Notes: generated by a model from the sequence alone, not told the origin. Counted from the stretch's first letter, positions 29,777 to 41,360 are shown. The stretch is 43,511 nucleotides of DNA from Bacteroidales bacterium (GCA_030695165.1 JAUYTH010000123.1:1-43511); one strand, 5' to 3'. Translations and numbers: made by a program.

Positions 29777-31417
29777 ATGAGCAGCACTATTTCCAGACGA
29801 AAATTTATCCAAAGTTCGCTATTTGCCACAGCAGCATTCGGGCTGGGATATGCAAGCAGCGGAGTTCTCAGGGCAAATAACCGCTTTGACACAATCATCA
29901 AAGGAGGGGTAATCTACAACGGAGAGGGTGGTAAACCATTTCCCGGCGAGATAGGGATTAAGGATGGGAAAATATCTGCAATTGCCTCATCATTAGGAGA
30001 TAGTGCAGATGTTATAATTGATGCAAAAGGTGCAGCTGTTTCACCCGGATTTGTGGATATTCATACCCATACAGATGGTAATCTTTTTGAATCACCACTG
30101 GGAGATAGTAAGATATATCAGGGAGTAACCACAGAAATAGGAGGGAACTGCGGTTCCAGCCCATTCCCGACAACCAAATGGGAGAGTCTCGGAGATTTTT
30201 ACGGGGCACTTTCGCAACAGAAGCTGGGGTTAAATTTCGGCACATTTACCGGACAGGGAGATTTAAGACAGTTTGTTGTTGGCGATAAAGATGTCCGTTG
30301 CACAGATGAGCAGTTGGAGCAAATGAAGAGTATTCTTGCCGTACAAATGGAGCAGGGCTCACTGGGAATCTCTTGTGGATTGGAGTATACTCCGGGCTCA
30401 TACGCCTCCAATGAAGAGATTGCACAACTCTGCAAAGTTGTGGCACATTACAACGGGCTCTTTGCAATACATATGAGAAATGAAGATGATAGAGTGGAGG
30501 AGGCTGTTGCCGAGGCAATTGAAATAGCAAAAAAATCTGGAGTAAGGCTCCAGATCTCTCACCTTAAGGCGCAGAACGCTGCTAACTGGCATAAAGCACC
30601 CGCTCTTCTCAAGCAGATAGAGAGGGCAGCATCAGATGGTGTAGATATTGCATTTGACCGCTATCCCTACATTGCATTCTCAACAGGGATGTCTACTTTT
30701 ATACCTTTGAGTGACCGTGACGGCTCTAAGGAGGAGATAATAGCCCGCCTTAAAGACGAAGCTAAATCCAAAAAGATAGGGGAGTATGCACTCTCCAGAA
30801 TTGCAAGATTGGGCGGCCCCGCAAATGTAGTGGTCACCTCCTGCAGGGTAGATTCAAACAAGAGGTTTATAGGGCAAAATGTGGAGCAGTGCTGCCAGCT
30901 TACCGGGAAAGAGCCGTGGCCGTTTATCAGAGACCTGCTCATTGAGGAGAATGTATCTGTGAGCATTATCGGCTTTGCTATGACAGAGGAGAATGTGAAG
31001 ATGTTTCTCTCTCACCCTCTGGCAATGCCTGCTTCTGACGGCAGCGTCTACTCTCCTGTGGGTAAACTATCGCAGAGTATGCCGCACCCAAGATCTTACG
31101 GAACCTTTCCGCGGTTTCTGGGTAAATATTGCAGGGAGGAGTCTTTGATGGACCTCTCTACTGCCGTTAAAAAATGCTCCTCTCTCCCGGCATCAAGATT
31201 GGGACTTAAGAACAGAGGTTCAATTCTGCCGGGTTATTTTGCAGATATTGTAGTGTTTGACCCCGTAACAATTATAGATACTGCAACCTTTGCCAGCCCG
31301 CATCAGTTTGCGACAGGAATTAATGAGGTGATTGTTAACGGAGTGTGGACACTATCCGGGGGAGTACCCGCAAGCAAAAGGGGAGGCAGAATCATTAAAT
31401 TGGGAGAGTCTATCTAA
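29777..31417 (+). CDS. N-acyl-D-amino-acid deacylase family amidohydrolase with Tat signal
   Basis: SRRKFI; PGFVDIHTH, GNCG, HMRNE, ISHLK, ASDG, HPRSYGTFPRFLG. Confidence 0.88.
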   Translation: MSSTISRRKFIQSSLFATAAFGLGYASSGVLRANNRFDTIIKGGVIYNGEGGKPFPGEIGIKDGKISAIASSLGDSADVIIDAKGAAVSPGFVDIHTHTDGNLFESPLGDSKIYQGVTTEIGGNCGSSPFPTTKWESLGDFYGALSQQKLGLNFGTFTGQGDLRQFVVGDKDVRCTDEQLEQMKSILAVQMEQGSLGISCGLEYTPGSYASNEEIAQLCKVVAHYNGLFAIHMRNEDDRVEEAVAEAIEIAKKSGVRLQISHLKAQNAANWHKAPALLKQIERAASDGVDIAFDRYPYIAFSTGMSTFIPLSDRDGSKEEIIARLKDEAKSKKIGEYALSRIARLGGPANVVVTSCRVDSNKRFIGQNVEQCCQLTGKEPWPFIRDLLIEENVSVSIIGFAMTEENVKMFLSHPLAMPASDGSVYSPVGKLSQSMPHPRSYGTFPRFLGKYCREESLMDLSTAVKKCSSLPASRLGLKNRGSILPGYFADIVVFDPVTIIDTATFASPHQFATGINEVIVNGVWTLSGGVPASKRGGRIIKLGESI

Positions 31418-32367
31418 TCCTCTTTACTTTTCTCGAAAGCATCTACAATTTGAGTAACGAGGGGGTGTCTTACTATATCACATTTTTCGAAATTGATCAC
31501 AGATACCCCCTTTAGATTTCCAATCATCTCCACCCCCCGCAACAGACCTGAGTCGCTCTTTTTGGGCAGGTCTATCTGAGTAGCATCTCCGGTTACAATA
31601 AACTTAGAGCTGTTTCCCATACGGGTGAGAAACATCTTAAGCTGCCCCATTGTGGTGTTTTGGGCCTCGTCCAGAATTACAAAAGCACCCTCCAGTGTTC
31701 TCCCCCTCATAAATGCAAGCGGCGCAATCTGAATTATCCCCTCCTCCATAAGTTCAATGAGCCTTCTGGCAGGAATCATATCTTTAAGTGCATCATATAG
31801 TGGTTGCAAATAGGGATCCAGCTTCTCTCTCATATCGCCTGGAAGGAATCCAAGCCTCTCTCCTGCCTCAACTGCAGGTCTTGTGAGAATAAGCTTTTTA
31901 ACCTCTTTATTCTTAAGCGCTCTTACTGCAAGGGCTATTGCTGTATATGTCTTTCCGGTTCCTGCAGGCCCCAGTGCAAAGAGCAGGTCGCTCTTTGAGT
32001 AGCTCTCCACCAATAATCTTTGGTTCTTGGTTCTTGCCCTTATTATTTTACCCTCTGTTCCGTAGACAATTATCTCACCGTCATCATCTGCAACTAACCT
32101 TGTTGAATCTGCTCCCTGCTCCTCAAAAAGAGTGTTTACATCATCTTCGTTAAGTCTCCTTTTTCTCCCTCTTATCTCAATTAAAGCATTGAGCTTATCT
32201 TCAAATTTTTTCATATCGGTAACACTCCCCTTGAGGAATATTTGCGAACCTCTGGCTGCTATCTTAAGTTTTGGGAAGAAATAGGACAGTCTGTCAATAA
32301 TTCTATTATTGACCCCATAAATATCAACCGGATCTATCGCTTCCAGTTCTATAACCCTCTCTGTCAT
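31414..32367 (-). CDS. phoH: PhoH-family ATPase (YbeZ-like)
   Basis: GPAGTGKT, RPAVEAGERLGFLPG, MRGRTL, DEAQN, GDATQID, VRHPLV. Confidence 0.93.
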   Translation of the reverse strand: MTERVIELEAIDPVDIYGVNNRIIDRLSYFFPKLKIAARGSQIFLKGSVTDMKKFEDKLNALIEIRGRKRRLNEDDVNTLFEEQGADSTRLVADDDGEIIVYGTEGKIIRARTKNQRLLVESYSKSDLLFALGPAGTGKTYTAIALAVRALKNKEVKKLILTRPAVEAGERLGFLPGDMREKLDPYLQPLYDALKDMIPARRLIELMEEGIIQIAPLAFMRGRTLEGAFVILDEAQNTTMGQLKMFLTRMGNSSKFIVTGDATQIDLPKKSDSGLLRGVEMIGNLKGVSVINFEKCDIVRHPLVTQIVDAFEKSKED

Positions 32368-33446
32368 TCCTTATTGAATTGTTTATAATAGTTCAAAATT
32401 AAGTCGTGCTCTCTTAATTTGCCTTTTGTTTGGCTGTTTATAAGATAATCTTTGATTGGAACAATTGAATAGTTTTCACCCTTTAATGTTGGTCTTACTG
32501 TCCAGATTAGATGTTTTTGCGGTTCGCAAATCTCTCTCTTTCCGGTGCTGTCCCGGGTAACAGCAATCTCAAGCATCACTCCTATTCTGGTGTTTTTCGC
32601 TGTCATATTAGATATTGCATTCCCCAGAGAGTAGGCGGTAATCTTAGATATTTTTCCGGTGGTATCTCTGTAAACAGCTACATCCTGAGGTACGTGCGGA
32701 TGAGAACCTATGATTATATCTACCCCTTTTGAGTAGAGCTCTCTCTCCCACTTTAGTTGATATTCACCCGGCTCTGTCACATACTCTTCACCCCAATGTA
32801 CGGCAGCACAAATCAGGTCAACAGACTTACTTTTTGCCAAAGCTAAATCTCTCTCAACTTGTTCATATGTAAGCCGTTTAATAATAAATGGAAGTGGGGT
32901 TCTGATTCCGTTAGTTCCGTAGGTGTAATTAAGGAAGGCAATTCTAAACCCCTGTTTTTCAATTATCAGTGGATTCAAAAGCTCTTCATCTGCACTGGAA
33001 CGGTATATTCCGGTATAAGGGACTTTAAGTCTTTCATAGGTCTCAATTGAGCCCCGTAATCCTGCACTCCCGGCATCTGCAGAGTGGTTATTTGCAGCGA
33101 ATATCAGATTTATTCCGCTCTTTACACATTCGTCAGCAAGTGAACCTGGTGAACGGAATGAGGGATAGCCGGCGAAAGGGGGCGGGGCGAAGGTTGTCTC
33201 CATATTGACTCCAACTATATGCGCCTTTTCAAAATAGCCTTTAAGATGCGAGAAATATGAGGAGTAGTTATATGAGTCGGGTTCTGCCGGACTCTTTTTG
33301 CCGGGGAGACTCTTCTCATTCAAAGCAGCTTCAAGTTGCTCTTTATGCTGCATAATATCACCCAGAAAGAGCATCCTTAAGGTATCTGCCGGTTGTGCGG
33401 AGATAGTTCCGAAAAAAAGGTTAAAGAGGATGAGTGCTTTTATCAT
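32364..33446 (-). CDS. CapA/PGA_cap family metallophosphoesterase-fold protein, secreted
   Basis: GDIMQH, NMET, ANNH, HWGEEY, GSHPHV, YSLGN; ATG 33446 overlaps the upstream stop (ATGA). Confidence 0.88.
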   Translation of the reverse strand: MIKALILFNLFFGTISAQPADTLRMLFLGDIMQHKEQLEAALNEKSLPGKKSPAEPDSYNYSSYFSHLKGYFEKAHIVGVNMETTFAPPPFAGYPSFRSPGSLADECVKSGINLIFAANNHSADAGSAGLRGSIETYERLKVPYTGIYRSSADEELLNPLIIEKQGFRIAFLNYTYGTNGIRTPLPFIIKRLTYEQVERDLALAKSKSVDLICAAVHWGEEYVTEPGEYQLKWERELYSKGVDIIIGSHPHVPQDVAVYRDTTGKISKITAYSLGNAISNMTAKNTRIGVMLEIAVTRDSTGKREICEPQKHLIWTVRPTLKGENYSIVPIKDYLINSQTKGKLREHDLILNYYKQFNKE

Positions 33447-34777
33447 CTGGATTGTACGATTCTTATATTCGGGGTATTGAGCCTCACAGAGAGCCACTCC
33501 TGTAATTTTTTAAGTTCGGTATCATTGAGTGGTTCTGACCATTTTATTACTGCAATTATCTGATTTTTGGCTGCATATGGAGATATTAAAATTTCGGAAC
33601 CTCGGGCAAGGGAGAGCGAAACTACTCCCGGGTGCTGTGCCATAATCTCTTTTGTAATCTGCTCGTATGGAATCTCTAAGCTTTTTATTGAGTCCAGACG
33701 GGAGCTTAGTGTTTTGATTATTTCCTCTCTTTGCGCAACCTCTTTATCGCCTCTTTCAAAGATGCTCTTTAGTACAGCTTCGTCAGAAGATTTGCCATCA
33801 TAGACGGCGCTCTCCTTAATAACTACCTGATTTCTTGATATCCCGTATTTTTCAAGATTCTCAAACATAATCTCCTTTCTTGCTTCACTTAACCTCTCTC
33901 CGGCAATAGAGAGCTCCAGGGATGAGATTTTTTTTGAGTGGTCAATTTTATGATCGTAGATATATCCGTTTTCCAGATTTTTATTCTCAGTGATAAATTT
34001 TTTGGCCGACTGATTAAAGTTGTTTTCGCGGATAACCACGAACCCGCTATATATGCTTGGGACAATGATTATCAGAGCAAACAGGCTTATAGTTCGCCTT
34101 ACTTTTCTCTCTTTGGCAGGATCTGCAAAATGGACAAATGGGAATTTTAAATATCTTATTATAAGAAATGTTGCGAGGGCAATAAAGAGTGAGTTGATTA
34201 TAAAGAGATACATTGCTCCGCCAAAATAGGCGAAGCTGCCATTTGCAATACCGTATCCGGCAGTACAAAGTGGTGGCATTAGGGCTGTTGCTATTGCAAC
34301 ACCTGCGAAAACAGTCCCTTTATCTTTACGGGCACTCTCTATGATTCCTGCCATACCTCCGAAAAACGCAATAAAGACATCGTAAATTGTTGGCCTTGTA
34401 CGGGCAAGAAGCTCAGTAGGTTCGGCAAGTGCCAGGGGTGAGATCAAAAAGTAGGTTGTAGATGCGGCGACACTTATTACAACCATCACTGCGAAGTTTT
34501 TGAGTGAGCGCTTTAGCAGGAGAGTGTCGTTTATCCCCACTGCCAAGCCGGTACCCATTATCGGCCCCATCAACGGGGAGATGAGCATTGCTCCGATGAT
34601 AACAGGGATTGAGTTTACATTGAGTCCTACCGAAGCAACAATTACAGCAAAGGCGAGAATCCACACGTTGATTCCCCTAAATACAATGCTTTTCTTTATG
34701 TTTTCTGTAGTGCTCTCAATATCTATGTGGTCCGAAATGTTAACAATTGCATAAAACTGCTCTTTAATCCAAGACAT
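33443..34777 (-). CDS. DUF389 (TIGR00341-like) membrane protein
   Basis: ASVGLNVNS, IGAMLISPLMGPI, ELLARTRPT, GVAIATALMPPLCTAGYG. Confidence 0.9.
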   Translation of the reverse strand: MSWIKEQFYAIVNISDHIDIESTTENIKKSIVFRGINVWILAFAVIVASVGLNVNSIPVIIGAMLISPLMGPIMGTGLAVGINDTLLLKRSLKNFAVMVVISVAASTTYFLISPLALAEPTELLARTRPTIYDVFIAFFGGMAGIIESARKDKGTVFAGVAIATALMPPLCTAGYGIANGSFAYFGGAMYLFIINSLFIALATFLIIRYLKFPFVHFADPAKERKVRRTISLFALIIIVPSIYSGFVVIRENNFNQSAKKFITENKNLENGYIYDHKIDHSKKISSLELSIAGERLSEARKEIMFENLEKYGISRNQVVIKESAVYDGKSSDEAVLKSIFERGDKEVAQREEIIKTLSSRLDSIKSLEIPYEQITKEIMAQHPGVVSLSLARGSEILISPYAAKNQIIAVIKWSEPLNDTELKKLQEWLSVRLNTPNIRIVQSR

Positions 34778-34804
34778 ATCTCTGTTTGTTTAACCTTACA
34801 AATT

Positions 34805-34850
34805 CAAATATACATTTATTTTTCTCTTTTAGCTAAATATGTTACTTTTG
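34805..34850. promoter_or_regulatory. divergent -7 boxes
   Basis: TATATTTG on - (34805-34812); TACTTTTG on + (34843-34850). Confidence 0.55.
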
Positions 34851-34883
34851 TATATAGAGAAAAATCCTTAAGATTAATCAATT

Positions 34884-35387
34884 ATGAGAACGGTGAAATT
34901 TTTTTTAATCCTGATGACTGCAATTATGGTAGTTACAGGGTGTGACTGGGTAAGATTACAACTCGGAATGGCTACCTCGGAAGATATTGCAGCTCTTAAA
35001 AAAGATCAGCAACAACCGGATACATCTGCTATGCTAAGAGACTCATTGGCAATAGCTGACTCTTTGAGCAGGGCACAGACAGATTCTATAAAGGCTCTTC
35101 AAGCCAAACCTGCCGGGGAGATGAAAAAAGCAGATATGACAAACAGATATCACGTGATATTGGGAAGCTTTAAAGATTACTCCAACTCAACAAGGATGAT
35201 AGAAAGTCTCAAAGGAAAAGGATTTTCACCATCTGCGATAGATTTTAAAAACGGTTTCAGAGTTGTTTCAATTGCCTCTTACGGTACATTGGGAACTGCA
35301 TTTAACGAGATGTACAGGTTGCGTGACCAAAACTTTGGACCGGACGATATCTGGGTTTATGATGTTCGTCAAAATATGCACAACTGA
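34884..35387 (+). CDS. SPOR-domain lipoprotein
   Basis: Lipobox VTGC; YHVILGSFK..N, FRVV, DIWVY. Confidence 0.75.
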   Translation: MRTVKFFLILMTAIMVVTGCDWVRLQLGMATSEDIAALKKDQQQPDTSAMLRDSLAIADSLSRAQTDSIKALQAKPAGEMKKADMTNRYHVILGSFKDYSNSTRMIESLKGKGFSPSAIDFKNGFRVVSIASYGTLGTAFNEMYRLRDQNFGPDDIWVYDVRQNMHN

Positions 35388-35418
35388 TTAATAATCTAAA
35401 GAAATTTATAATAGAATA

Positions 35419-36525
35419 ATGAAGACAACAGCATTTACCGATAAGCACATCAAGCTGGGGGCAAAAATGGTTCCATTTGCAGGCTACAATATGCCTGTAG
35501 AGTATTTTGGAATAAGCGAAGAGCACAATCACGTAAGAGAGAAGGTTGGAGTATTTGATGTCTCCCATATGGGGGAGATTTGGGTAAAGGGGGCTAACGC
35601 TCTTGCTTTTTTACAGTATACAACCTCCAATGATGTTTCGGTGCTTACTCCGGGTAAGGTTCAGTACTCTTGCTTTCCAAACGGGAAGGGGGGAATTGTA
35701 GATGACCTTTTGGTATATTGTATAGATAGTTTAACCTACCTGCTGGTAGTTAACGCCTCCAATGTAGATAAAGATTACGACCATCTCTGCACGGTAGCTC
35801 CAAAGTTTAACATCACTCCCGGAAAAGAGCTCTACAATGCATCTGACGAGATTTGCCAGCTTGCAGTACAGGGGCCTCTGGCTCTAAAAGCTATGCAGAA
35901 AATATGTGACAGCAGTGTAGAGGATATGGAGTACTACACATTTAAGAAGCTCACTATTGCAGGAATTAAGGATGCAATCTTTTCAACAACCGGGTATACA
36001 GGTTCGGGCGGATGCGAGATTTATGTTGCCAACAAAGATGCCGACAAATTATGGAGTGCTGTTTTTGAGGCCGGGAAAGAGTTTGATATAAAGCCTATAG
36101 GTCTTGGAGCTAGAGATACACTTCGTCTGGAGATGGGCTTTTGTCTCTACGGAAATGATATAGATGACACTACCTCCCCTATAGAGGCCGGTCTGGGATG
36201 GATAACCAAATTCAGCGAGGCAAAGGGAGATTTTACAGATAAGGATCTGCTTCTTAAACAAAAAAATGAGGGAGTCACCAGGAAGTTAGTTGGTTTTGAG
36301 CTTATTGAGAGGGGAATTCCAAGACACGGTTACCCTGTTTGCGACTCAAAAGGGGCTGAGATTGGAGTTGTAACTTCGGGAACAATGGGCCCGGCTATCA
36401 AAAAAGCTGTTGGAATGGCATATGTTACACCTGAATTTTCAAAGGTAGGCTCCGAGATTTTCATCAAGATCAGAGAGAAGCTGCTAAAGGCAGTTGTAGT
36501 AAAGGCACCCTTTTACAAGGCTTAA
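35419..36525 (+). CDS. gcvT: glycine cleavage system aminomethyltransferase T
   Basis: [39 protein letters not shown]. Confidence 0.97.
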   Translation: MKTTAFTDKHIKLGAKMVPFAGYNMPVEYFGISEEHNHVREKVGVFDVSHMGEIWVKGANALAFLQYTTSNDVSVLTPGKVQYSCFPNGKGGIVDDLLVYCIDSLTYLLVVNASNVDKDYDHLCTVAPKFNITPGKELYNASDEICQLAVQGPLALKAMQKICDSSVEDMEYYTFKKLTIAGIKDAIFSTTGYTGSGGCEIYVANKDADKLWSAVFEAGKEFDIKPIGLGARDTLRLEMGFCLYGNDIDDTTSPIEAGLGWITKFSEAKGDFTDKDLLLKQKNEGVTRKLVGFELIERGIPRHGYPVCDSKGAEIGVVTSGTMGPAIKKAVGMAYVTPEFSKVGSEIFIKIREKLLKAVVVKAPFYKA

Positions 36526-36533
36526 CATCTATT

Positions 36534-36866
36534 ATGGATAATTTTGAATGGGCAGCAGAGATCTCCTGTGCCGTTACAGTTTGTGACAGACAGGGTTTTG
36601 TGCTTTACCAGAACCTAAAGGCAAAAAAGACTTTTGAATCATACGGAGATCTTATCGGTAAGAGTCTTAAAGATTGCCACACAGAGAGATCGTGGAAAAT
36701 GATAGAGGATATGCTTGATAGCGGAGGCTCCAACTCCTACACAATAGAGAAGAGCGGAGTAAAAAAGCTTATTCACCAGACACCTTGGCACAAAAATGGA
36801 GAGATATGCGGGTTGGTTGAGTTCTCCATTGAGATTCCTCAACAGATGTCGCACTTTATAAGATAA
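36534..36866 (+). CDS. stand-alone PAS domain protein
   Basis: VTVCDRQGFVLYQN, LIGKSLKDCH, terminal GLVEFS strand. Confidence 0.75.
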   Translation: MDNFEWAAEISCAVTVCDRQGFVLYQNLKAKKTFESYGDLIGKSLKDCHTERSWKMIEDMLDSGGSNSYTIEKSGVKKLIHQTPWHKNGEICGLVEFSIEIPQQMSHFIR

Positions 36867-36878
36867 ATAGAAGGATAT

Positions 36879-37253
36879 ATGGCAAAATTCAGATTTGTCC
36901 ACAACAACATTAACGTTAAGGATCTAAATAAAAGCCTCGCCTTTTACAAAGAGGCTCTGGGGCTGGAGGAGGTTAGGAGAATTACCCCCGAAGATGGTTC
37001 GTTTATTATAGTCTATCTGGGGGATGGAGAGTCACAACATCAACTGGAGCTTACCTGGCTCAGAGATTGGGATAGAGCCTACAATCTCGGAGACAATGAG
37101 TTCCACCTTGCATTCAGGACAGACAATTTTGAACAGGCGCACGAGAAGCATCTGCAGATGGATTGCATCTGTTATGAAAACAGCAAAATGGGGATATATT
37201 TCATAAACGACCCGGACGGCTACTGGCTCGAAGTTTTGCCACCCAAAAAATAG
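36879..37253 (+). CDS. VOC family, lactoylglutathione lyase-like
   Basis: HNNINV.DL.KS..FY, LELTW, HLAF, FINDPDGYWLE. Confidence 0.85.
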   Translation: MAKFRFVHNNINVKDLNKSLAFYKEALGLEEVRRITPEDGSFIIVYLGDGESQHQLELTWLRDWDRAYNLGDNEFHLAFRTDNFEQAHEKHLQMDCICYENSKMGIYFINDPDGYWLEVLPPKK

Positions 37254-37255
37254 TT

Positions 37256-38557
37256 ATGATTAAAAAACTTTTACTTACAATAGCTCTGCTCACGATATGT
37301 GTGGCGGGGCTTTTCTCTCAGACAGAGGCAATAGATAGAATGAAGAGAGATGTCGCAGTTCTATCTGCAGACTCTCTTATGGGAAGAGGCTCCGGAAGCC
37401 CCTGGGAGTTAAAGGCCGCAAGATACATTGAGTCTTTATTCGAAAAGAGCGGAATAAACCTGCTCTATCCCTTTCCCGGCCAGGATTTCTCTTTGGTAAT
37501 GGATGGTAACGATACTCTCAGATCACAGAACATAGTGGGCATAATTGAGGGTTGGGACCCTAAACTCAAAGATCAGTATATAGTTGTAGGAGCCCATTAC
37601 GACCATCTGGGCTATAACAATATGTTCTTTAACGGGAGAGATACCGTGCAGATATTTCGCGGAGCAGACGATAACGCCTCCGGAGTAGCTGTTATGATGG
37701 AGGTTGCAAGATTGGCAAAAGCACAATCGTTCAACTTTAGGAGATCTCTTCTGTTTGTGGCATTTGGTGCCGAGGAGAGGGGTATGATAGGCTCCTGGTA
37801 CTTTGCCAACAGAGCGTTTGCTCCGGTAAACAACATCTCACTAATGGTGAATCTGGATATGGTAGGGAGAGCCTCACAAAGTAGCGACCTTAAGCTATTT
37901 ACCGTTTTGCCAAACACAGAGCTGGTAACACTCCTAAAGGATGTCAGTGATATGCCTGCAATGATAACCCCTCAGATACATACAACCGATTACTTCCCGA
38001 GTGACCACCGTGTGTTTGCAACACTGGGTATACCGGTTGTACTCTTTACCACCTCCCTGCACAGTGACTATCATACACCAAAGGATACTCCCGAAAAACT
38101 CAACCTGCGCACAATGGAGGATATCTCCCAGTATGCCCTTAACCTGGTAAAAACTGTAGCTAACAGCGACAATATGCTTGAGAGAACAGTGCTTGCAGCT
38201 GAGTCTGCAAAAGAGGTTTCTCAAGAGAAGATATACTCTCAAAACGAAGTAGATAAAAGGGCAACTTTCCAAAAATCTGACGAGAGAAAATTTTTGCAAA
38301 AATGGGTTCATCACTACCTTAGGTACCCACCCGCAGCTGTCGAGGAGGGAGTTCAGGGAAGGGTAATAGCCGAATTTATTGTTGAGAAAGATGGAGAGGT
38401 TACAAATGTTAAAGTGACCAAATCTGTAGATGAACTGCTGGACGCAGAGGCAATTCGTGTCATAAAGGCATCTCCCAAATGGAGAGCAGCTTCAGTTGCC
38501 GGGAACCCGGTGAGAGTTAAAATATCCATACCTGTAGAATTCAAGCTCAAGAGATAG
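37256..38557 (+). CDS. secreted M28 aminopeptidase fused to a TonB C-terminal domain
   Basis: [33 protein letters not shown]; then [36 protein letters not shown]. Confidence 0.88.
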   Translation: MIKKLLLTIALLTICVAGLFSQTEAIDRMKRDVAVLSADSLMGRGSGSPWELKAARYIESLFEKSGINLLYPFPGQDFSLVMDGNDTLRSQNIVGIIEGWDPKLKDQYIVVGAHYDHLGYNNMFFNGRDTVQIFRGADDNASGVAVMMEVARLAKAQSFNFRRSLLFVAFGAEERGMIGSWYFANRAFAPVNNISLMVNLDMVGRASQSSDLKLFTVLPNTELVTLLKDVSDMPAMITPQIHTTDYFPSDHRVFATLGIPVVLFTTSLHSDYHTPKDTPEKLNLRTMEDISQYALNLVKTVANSDNMLERTVLAAESAKEVSQEKIYSQNEVDKRATFQKSDERKFLQKWVHHYLRYPPAAVEEGVQGRVIAEFIVEKDGEVTNVKVTKSVDELLDAEAIRVIKASPKWRAASVAGNPVRVKISIPVEFKLKR

Positions 38558-38567
38558 CATTTTTTAT

Positions 38568-38575
38568 TACTTTTG
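38568..38575 (+). promoter_or_regulatory. -7 box for leuS
   Basis: TACTTTTG 22 nt before ATG. Confidence 0.55.
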
Positions 38576-38597
38576 CAGCTGTTTTAAAAGTAGTAAA

Positions 38598-41360
38598 ATG
38601 GAGTATAATTTTCTTGAGATTGAGAGACATTGGCAGGAGTACTGGTCAAAAAACCAGACCTTTAAAGTAAATACAGATAATTCAAAGCCCAAATACTATG
38701 TTCTGGATATGTTTCCCTATCCATCCGGAGCAGGACTTCACGTAGGGCATCCGCTTGGTTATATTGCCAGTGATATATTCAGTCGCTATAAAAGACTCAA
38801 AGGGTTTAACGTTCTGCACCCTATGGGTTATGACGCTTTCGGGCTTCCTGCCGAGCAGTATGCTATTCAAACAGGGCAGCACCCGGCAGCAACTACAGAA
38901 AAAAACATAGAGAGATATCGCAAACAGCTGGACAGGATTGGTTTCTCATACGACTGGTCTCGTGAGGTGAGAACCTCAGATCCCAAATATTATAAATGGA
39001 CCCAGTGGGCTTTTCTGGAGATGTTTGGCCACTGGTACAACAGATCTACTCAAAAAGCGGAGAAGATAGAGACTCTTATAAAGATTTTCGAGAGAGAGGG
39101 GAACAGCAGTGTAGATGCAGCTCACTCAGAGGTTGAGCTCTTTACTGCAGAGAGTTGGAACTCATTTACAGATAAACAAAGGAGCTCCATTTTGATGAGC
39201 TATCGTATTGCCTATCTGGGAGAGACTTCTGTTAACTGGTGTCCTGCACTGGGCACTGTTCTTGCCAACGACGAGGTGAAGGAGGGGCTCTCACTCAGAG
39301 GGGGGCACCCGGTAGAGCAGAGAAAGATGAGGCAGTGGCAGCTGAGAGTATCTGCCTATGCCCAAAGACTACTAAGCGACCTGGATAGAGTGGAGTGGAC
39401 TGACTCTCTTAAGGAGATGCAGCGAAACTGGATAGGGCGTTCGCAGGGGGCCGAGATGATATTTAAAGTCTCTAATAGTGTACAGGAGTACGACCTGGAG
39501 ATATTTACAACAAGGGCAGATACCGTTTTCGGAGCAACTTTTATGGTAATGGCGCCAGAGAGCGAGTGGGTAGAGCTGCTAACTACCGAAGATTGCAGGG
39601 AGGCTGTTCTGGAGTATATCACTGCCTCAAAACGCAAAACCGAGAGGGAGAGGATGGCGGAGACAAAAAAGACGACCGGTGTATTCTGCGGTAGCTACGC
39701 AATCAACCCTTTTACAAATGAGCAGATTCCGGTTTGGATTGCAGACTATGTTTTGGCAGGATATGGGACAGGTGCAATAATGGCGGTCCCTGCACACGAC
39801 AGCAGAGACTATCTCTTTGCAAAGCACTTTAACCTGCCAATTATTCCACTTATTGAGGGTTGCGATATCTCACAGGAGAGCTTTGATGCCAAGGAGGGTG
39901 TAATGTGCAACTCCGGATTCCTCAACGGCCTTACAGTTAAGGAGGCTATTCCTGCTGCAATAGAGGAGGTAGAGAGAAGAGCTCTTGGAAAGAGAAAGGT
40001 GAACTTCCGTCTCAGGGATGCTATCTTCTCTCGTCAGAGATATTGGGGAGAGCCATTCCCGATTTTTTACAAAGATGAAGAGGCATTCCCGGTAGATTTT
40101 AAAGATCTTCCACTGGAGCTTCCTGAGGTTGATAAATATCTCCCTACCGAGAGCGGAGAACCGCCACTTGCCAGAGCAGCAAATTGGACCTATAATGGAT
40201 ATCCTCTGGAGAAGAGCACAATGCCCGGTTTTGCAGGGAGCAGTGCCTACTATCTCAGGTATATGGATCCAAACAACGACACTGCACTAGTCTCAAAGGA
40301 GAGTAACAGCTACTGGAGAGATGTAGATCTCTATATCGGAGGCACAGAGCACGCAACAGGGCACCTTATCTACTCCCGCTTCTGGAATAAATTCCTATAT
40401 GACCTGGGTTATGTCTGCGAAGAGGAGCCATTTAAAAAGCTCATTAACCAGGGTATGATACAGGGTCGCTCAAACTTTGTTTACAGGGTTAAGGGGACAA
40501 ATAAATTTGTATCACTCGGGCTTAAAGAGAGCTACGAAACAACCGAGCTTCACGTAGATGTAAATATTGTCCATAACGACAAACTAAATATTGATGCTTT
40601 CAAGCAGTGGATGCCGGACTATGCCAACGCAGAGTTTATCCTTGAAAACGGAGAGTATATTTGCGGATGGGCTGTAGAGAAGATGAGCAAATCTATGTTT
40701 AATGTGGTAAATCCCGATATTATATGTGATAATTACGGTGCAGATACCCTAAGGATGTACGAGATGTTCCTGGGCCCGCTGGAGCAGTCCAAGCCGTGGG
40801 ATACAAACGGAATTGACGGAGTGCACAGGTTTTTGAAAAGATTCTGGAGATTGTTCTTCGCCTCAAGGGAGTTTGGAGTCTCAAACGAGAGCGCATCTGC
40901 TGCAGAGCTCAAGGTTCTGCACAGGTTAATAAAAAAGGTGCAGGAGGATATTGAGAACTTCTCCTTCAATACCAGTGTTAGTGCTTTTATGATTGCCATC
41001 AATGAGCTTATGGAGCTCAATTGCAATAAAAGAGAGATTTTGGAGCCTATGCTAATTCTTTTATCGCCATTTGCCCCACACATCACAGAGGAGCTTTGGA
41101 GCCGTCTGGGAAACAGCAACAGTATAGCATCTGCAACATTTCCGGAATATGTGGAGGCTTATACAATAGAAAATTCGTTTGAGTATCCTGTTTCGTTTAA
41201 CGGTAAATTGAGATTTAAGCTGACTCTGCCAAATGCACTAACTGCTGCGCAGGTTGAGAAAGCGGTTAGGGAAGATGAAAACACAGCCCGATATCTTTCG
41301 GGAGGTTCTATAAAAAAGGTAATAGTTGTTCCTGGTAAGATTATTAATATAGTTTTGTGA
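38598..41360 (+). CDS. leuS: leucine--tRNA ligase
   Basis: [42 protein letters not shown]. Confidence 0.98.
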   Translation: MEYNFLEIERHWQEYWSKNQTFKVNTDNSKPKYYVLDMFPYPSGAGLHVGHPLGYIASDIFSRYKRLKGFNVLHPMGYDAFGLPAEQYAIQTGQHPAATTEKNIERYRKQLDRIGFSYDWSREVRTSDPKYYKWTQWAFLEMFGHWYNRSTQKAEKIETLIKIFEREGNSSVDAAHSEVELFTAESWNSFTDKQRSSILMSYRIAYLGETSVNWCPALGTVLANDEVKEGLSLRGGHPVEQRKMRQWQLRVSAYAQRLLSDLDRVEWTDSLKEMQRNWIGRSQGAEMIFKVSNSVQEYDLEIFTTRADTVFGATFMVMAPESEWVELLTTEDCREAVLEYITASKRKTERERMAETKKTTGVFCGSYAINPFTNEQIPVWIADYVLAGYGTGAIMAVPAHDSRDYLFAKHFNLPIIPLIEGCDISQESFDAKEGVMCNSGFLNGLTVKEAIPAAIEEVERRALGKRKVNFRLRDAIFSRQRYWGEPFPIFYKDEEAFPVDFKDLPLELPEVDKYLPTESGEPPLARAANWTYNGYPLEKSTMPGFAGSSAYYLRYMDPNNDTALVSKESNSYWRDVDLYIGGTEHATGHLIYSRFWNKFLYDLGYVCEEEPFKKLINQGMIQGRSNFVYRVKGTNKFVSLGLKESYETTELHVDVNIVHNDKLNIDAFKQWMPDYANAEFILENGEYICGWAVEKMSKSMFNVVNPDIICDNYGADTLRMYEMFLGPLEQSKPWDTNGIDGVHRFLKRFWRLFFASREFGVSNESASAAELKVLHRLIKKVQEDIENFSFNTSVSAFMIAINELMELNCNKREILEPMLILLSPFAPHITEELWSRLGNSNSIASATFPEYVEAYTIENSFEYPVSFNGKLRFKLTLPNALTAAQVEKAVREDENTARYLSGGSIKKVIVVPGKIINIVL

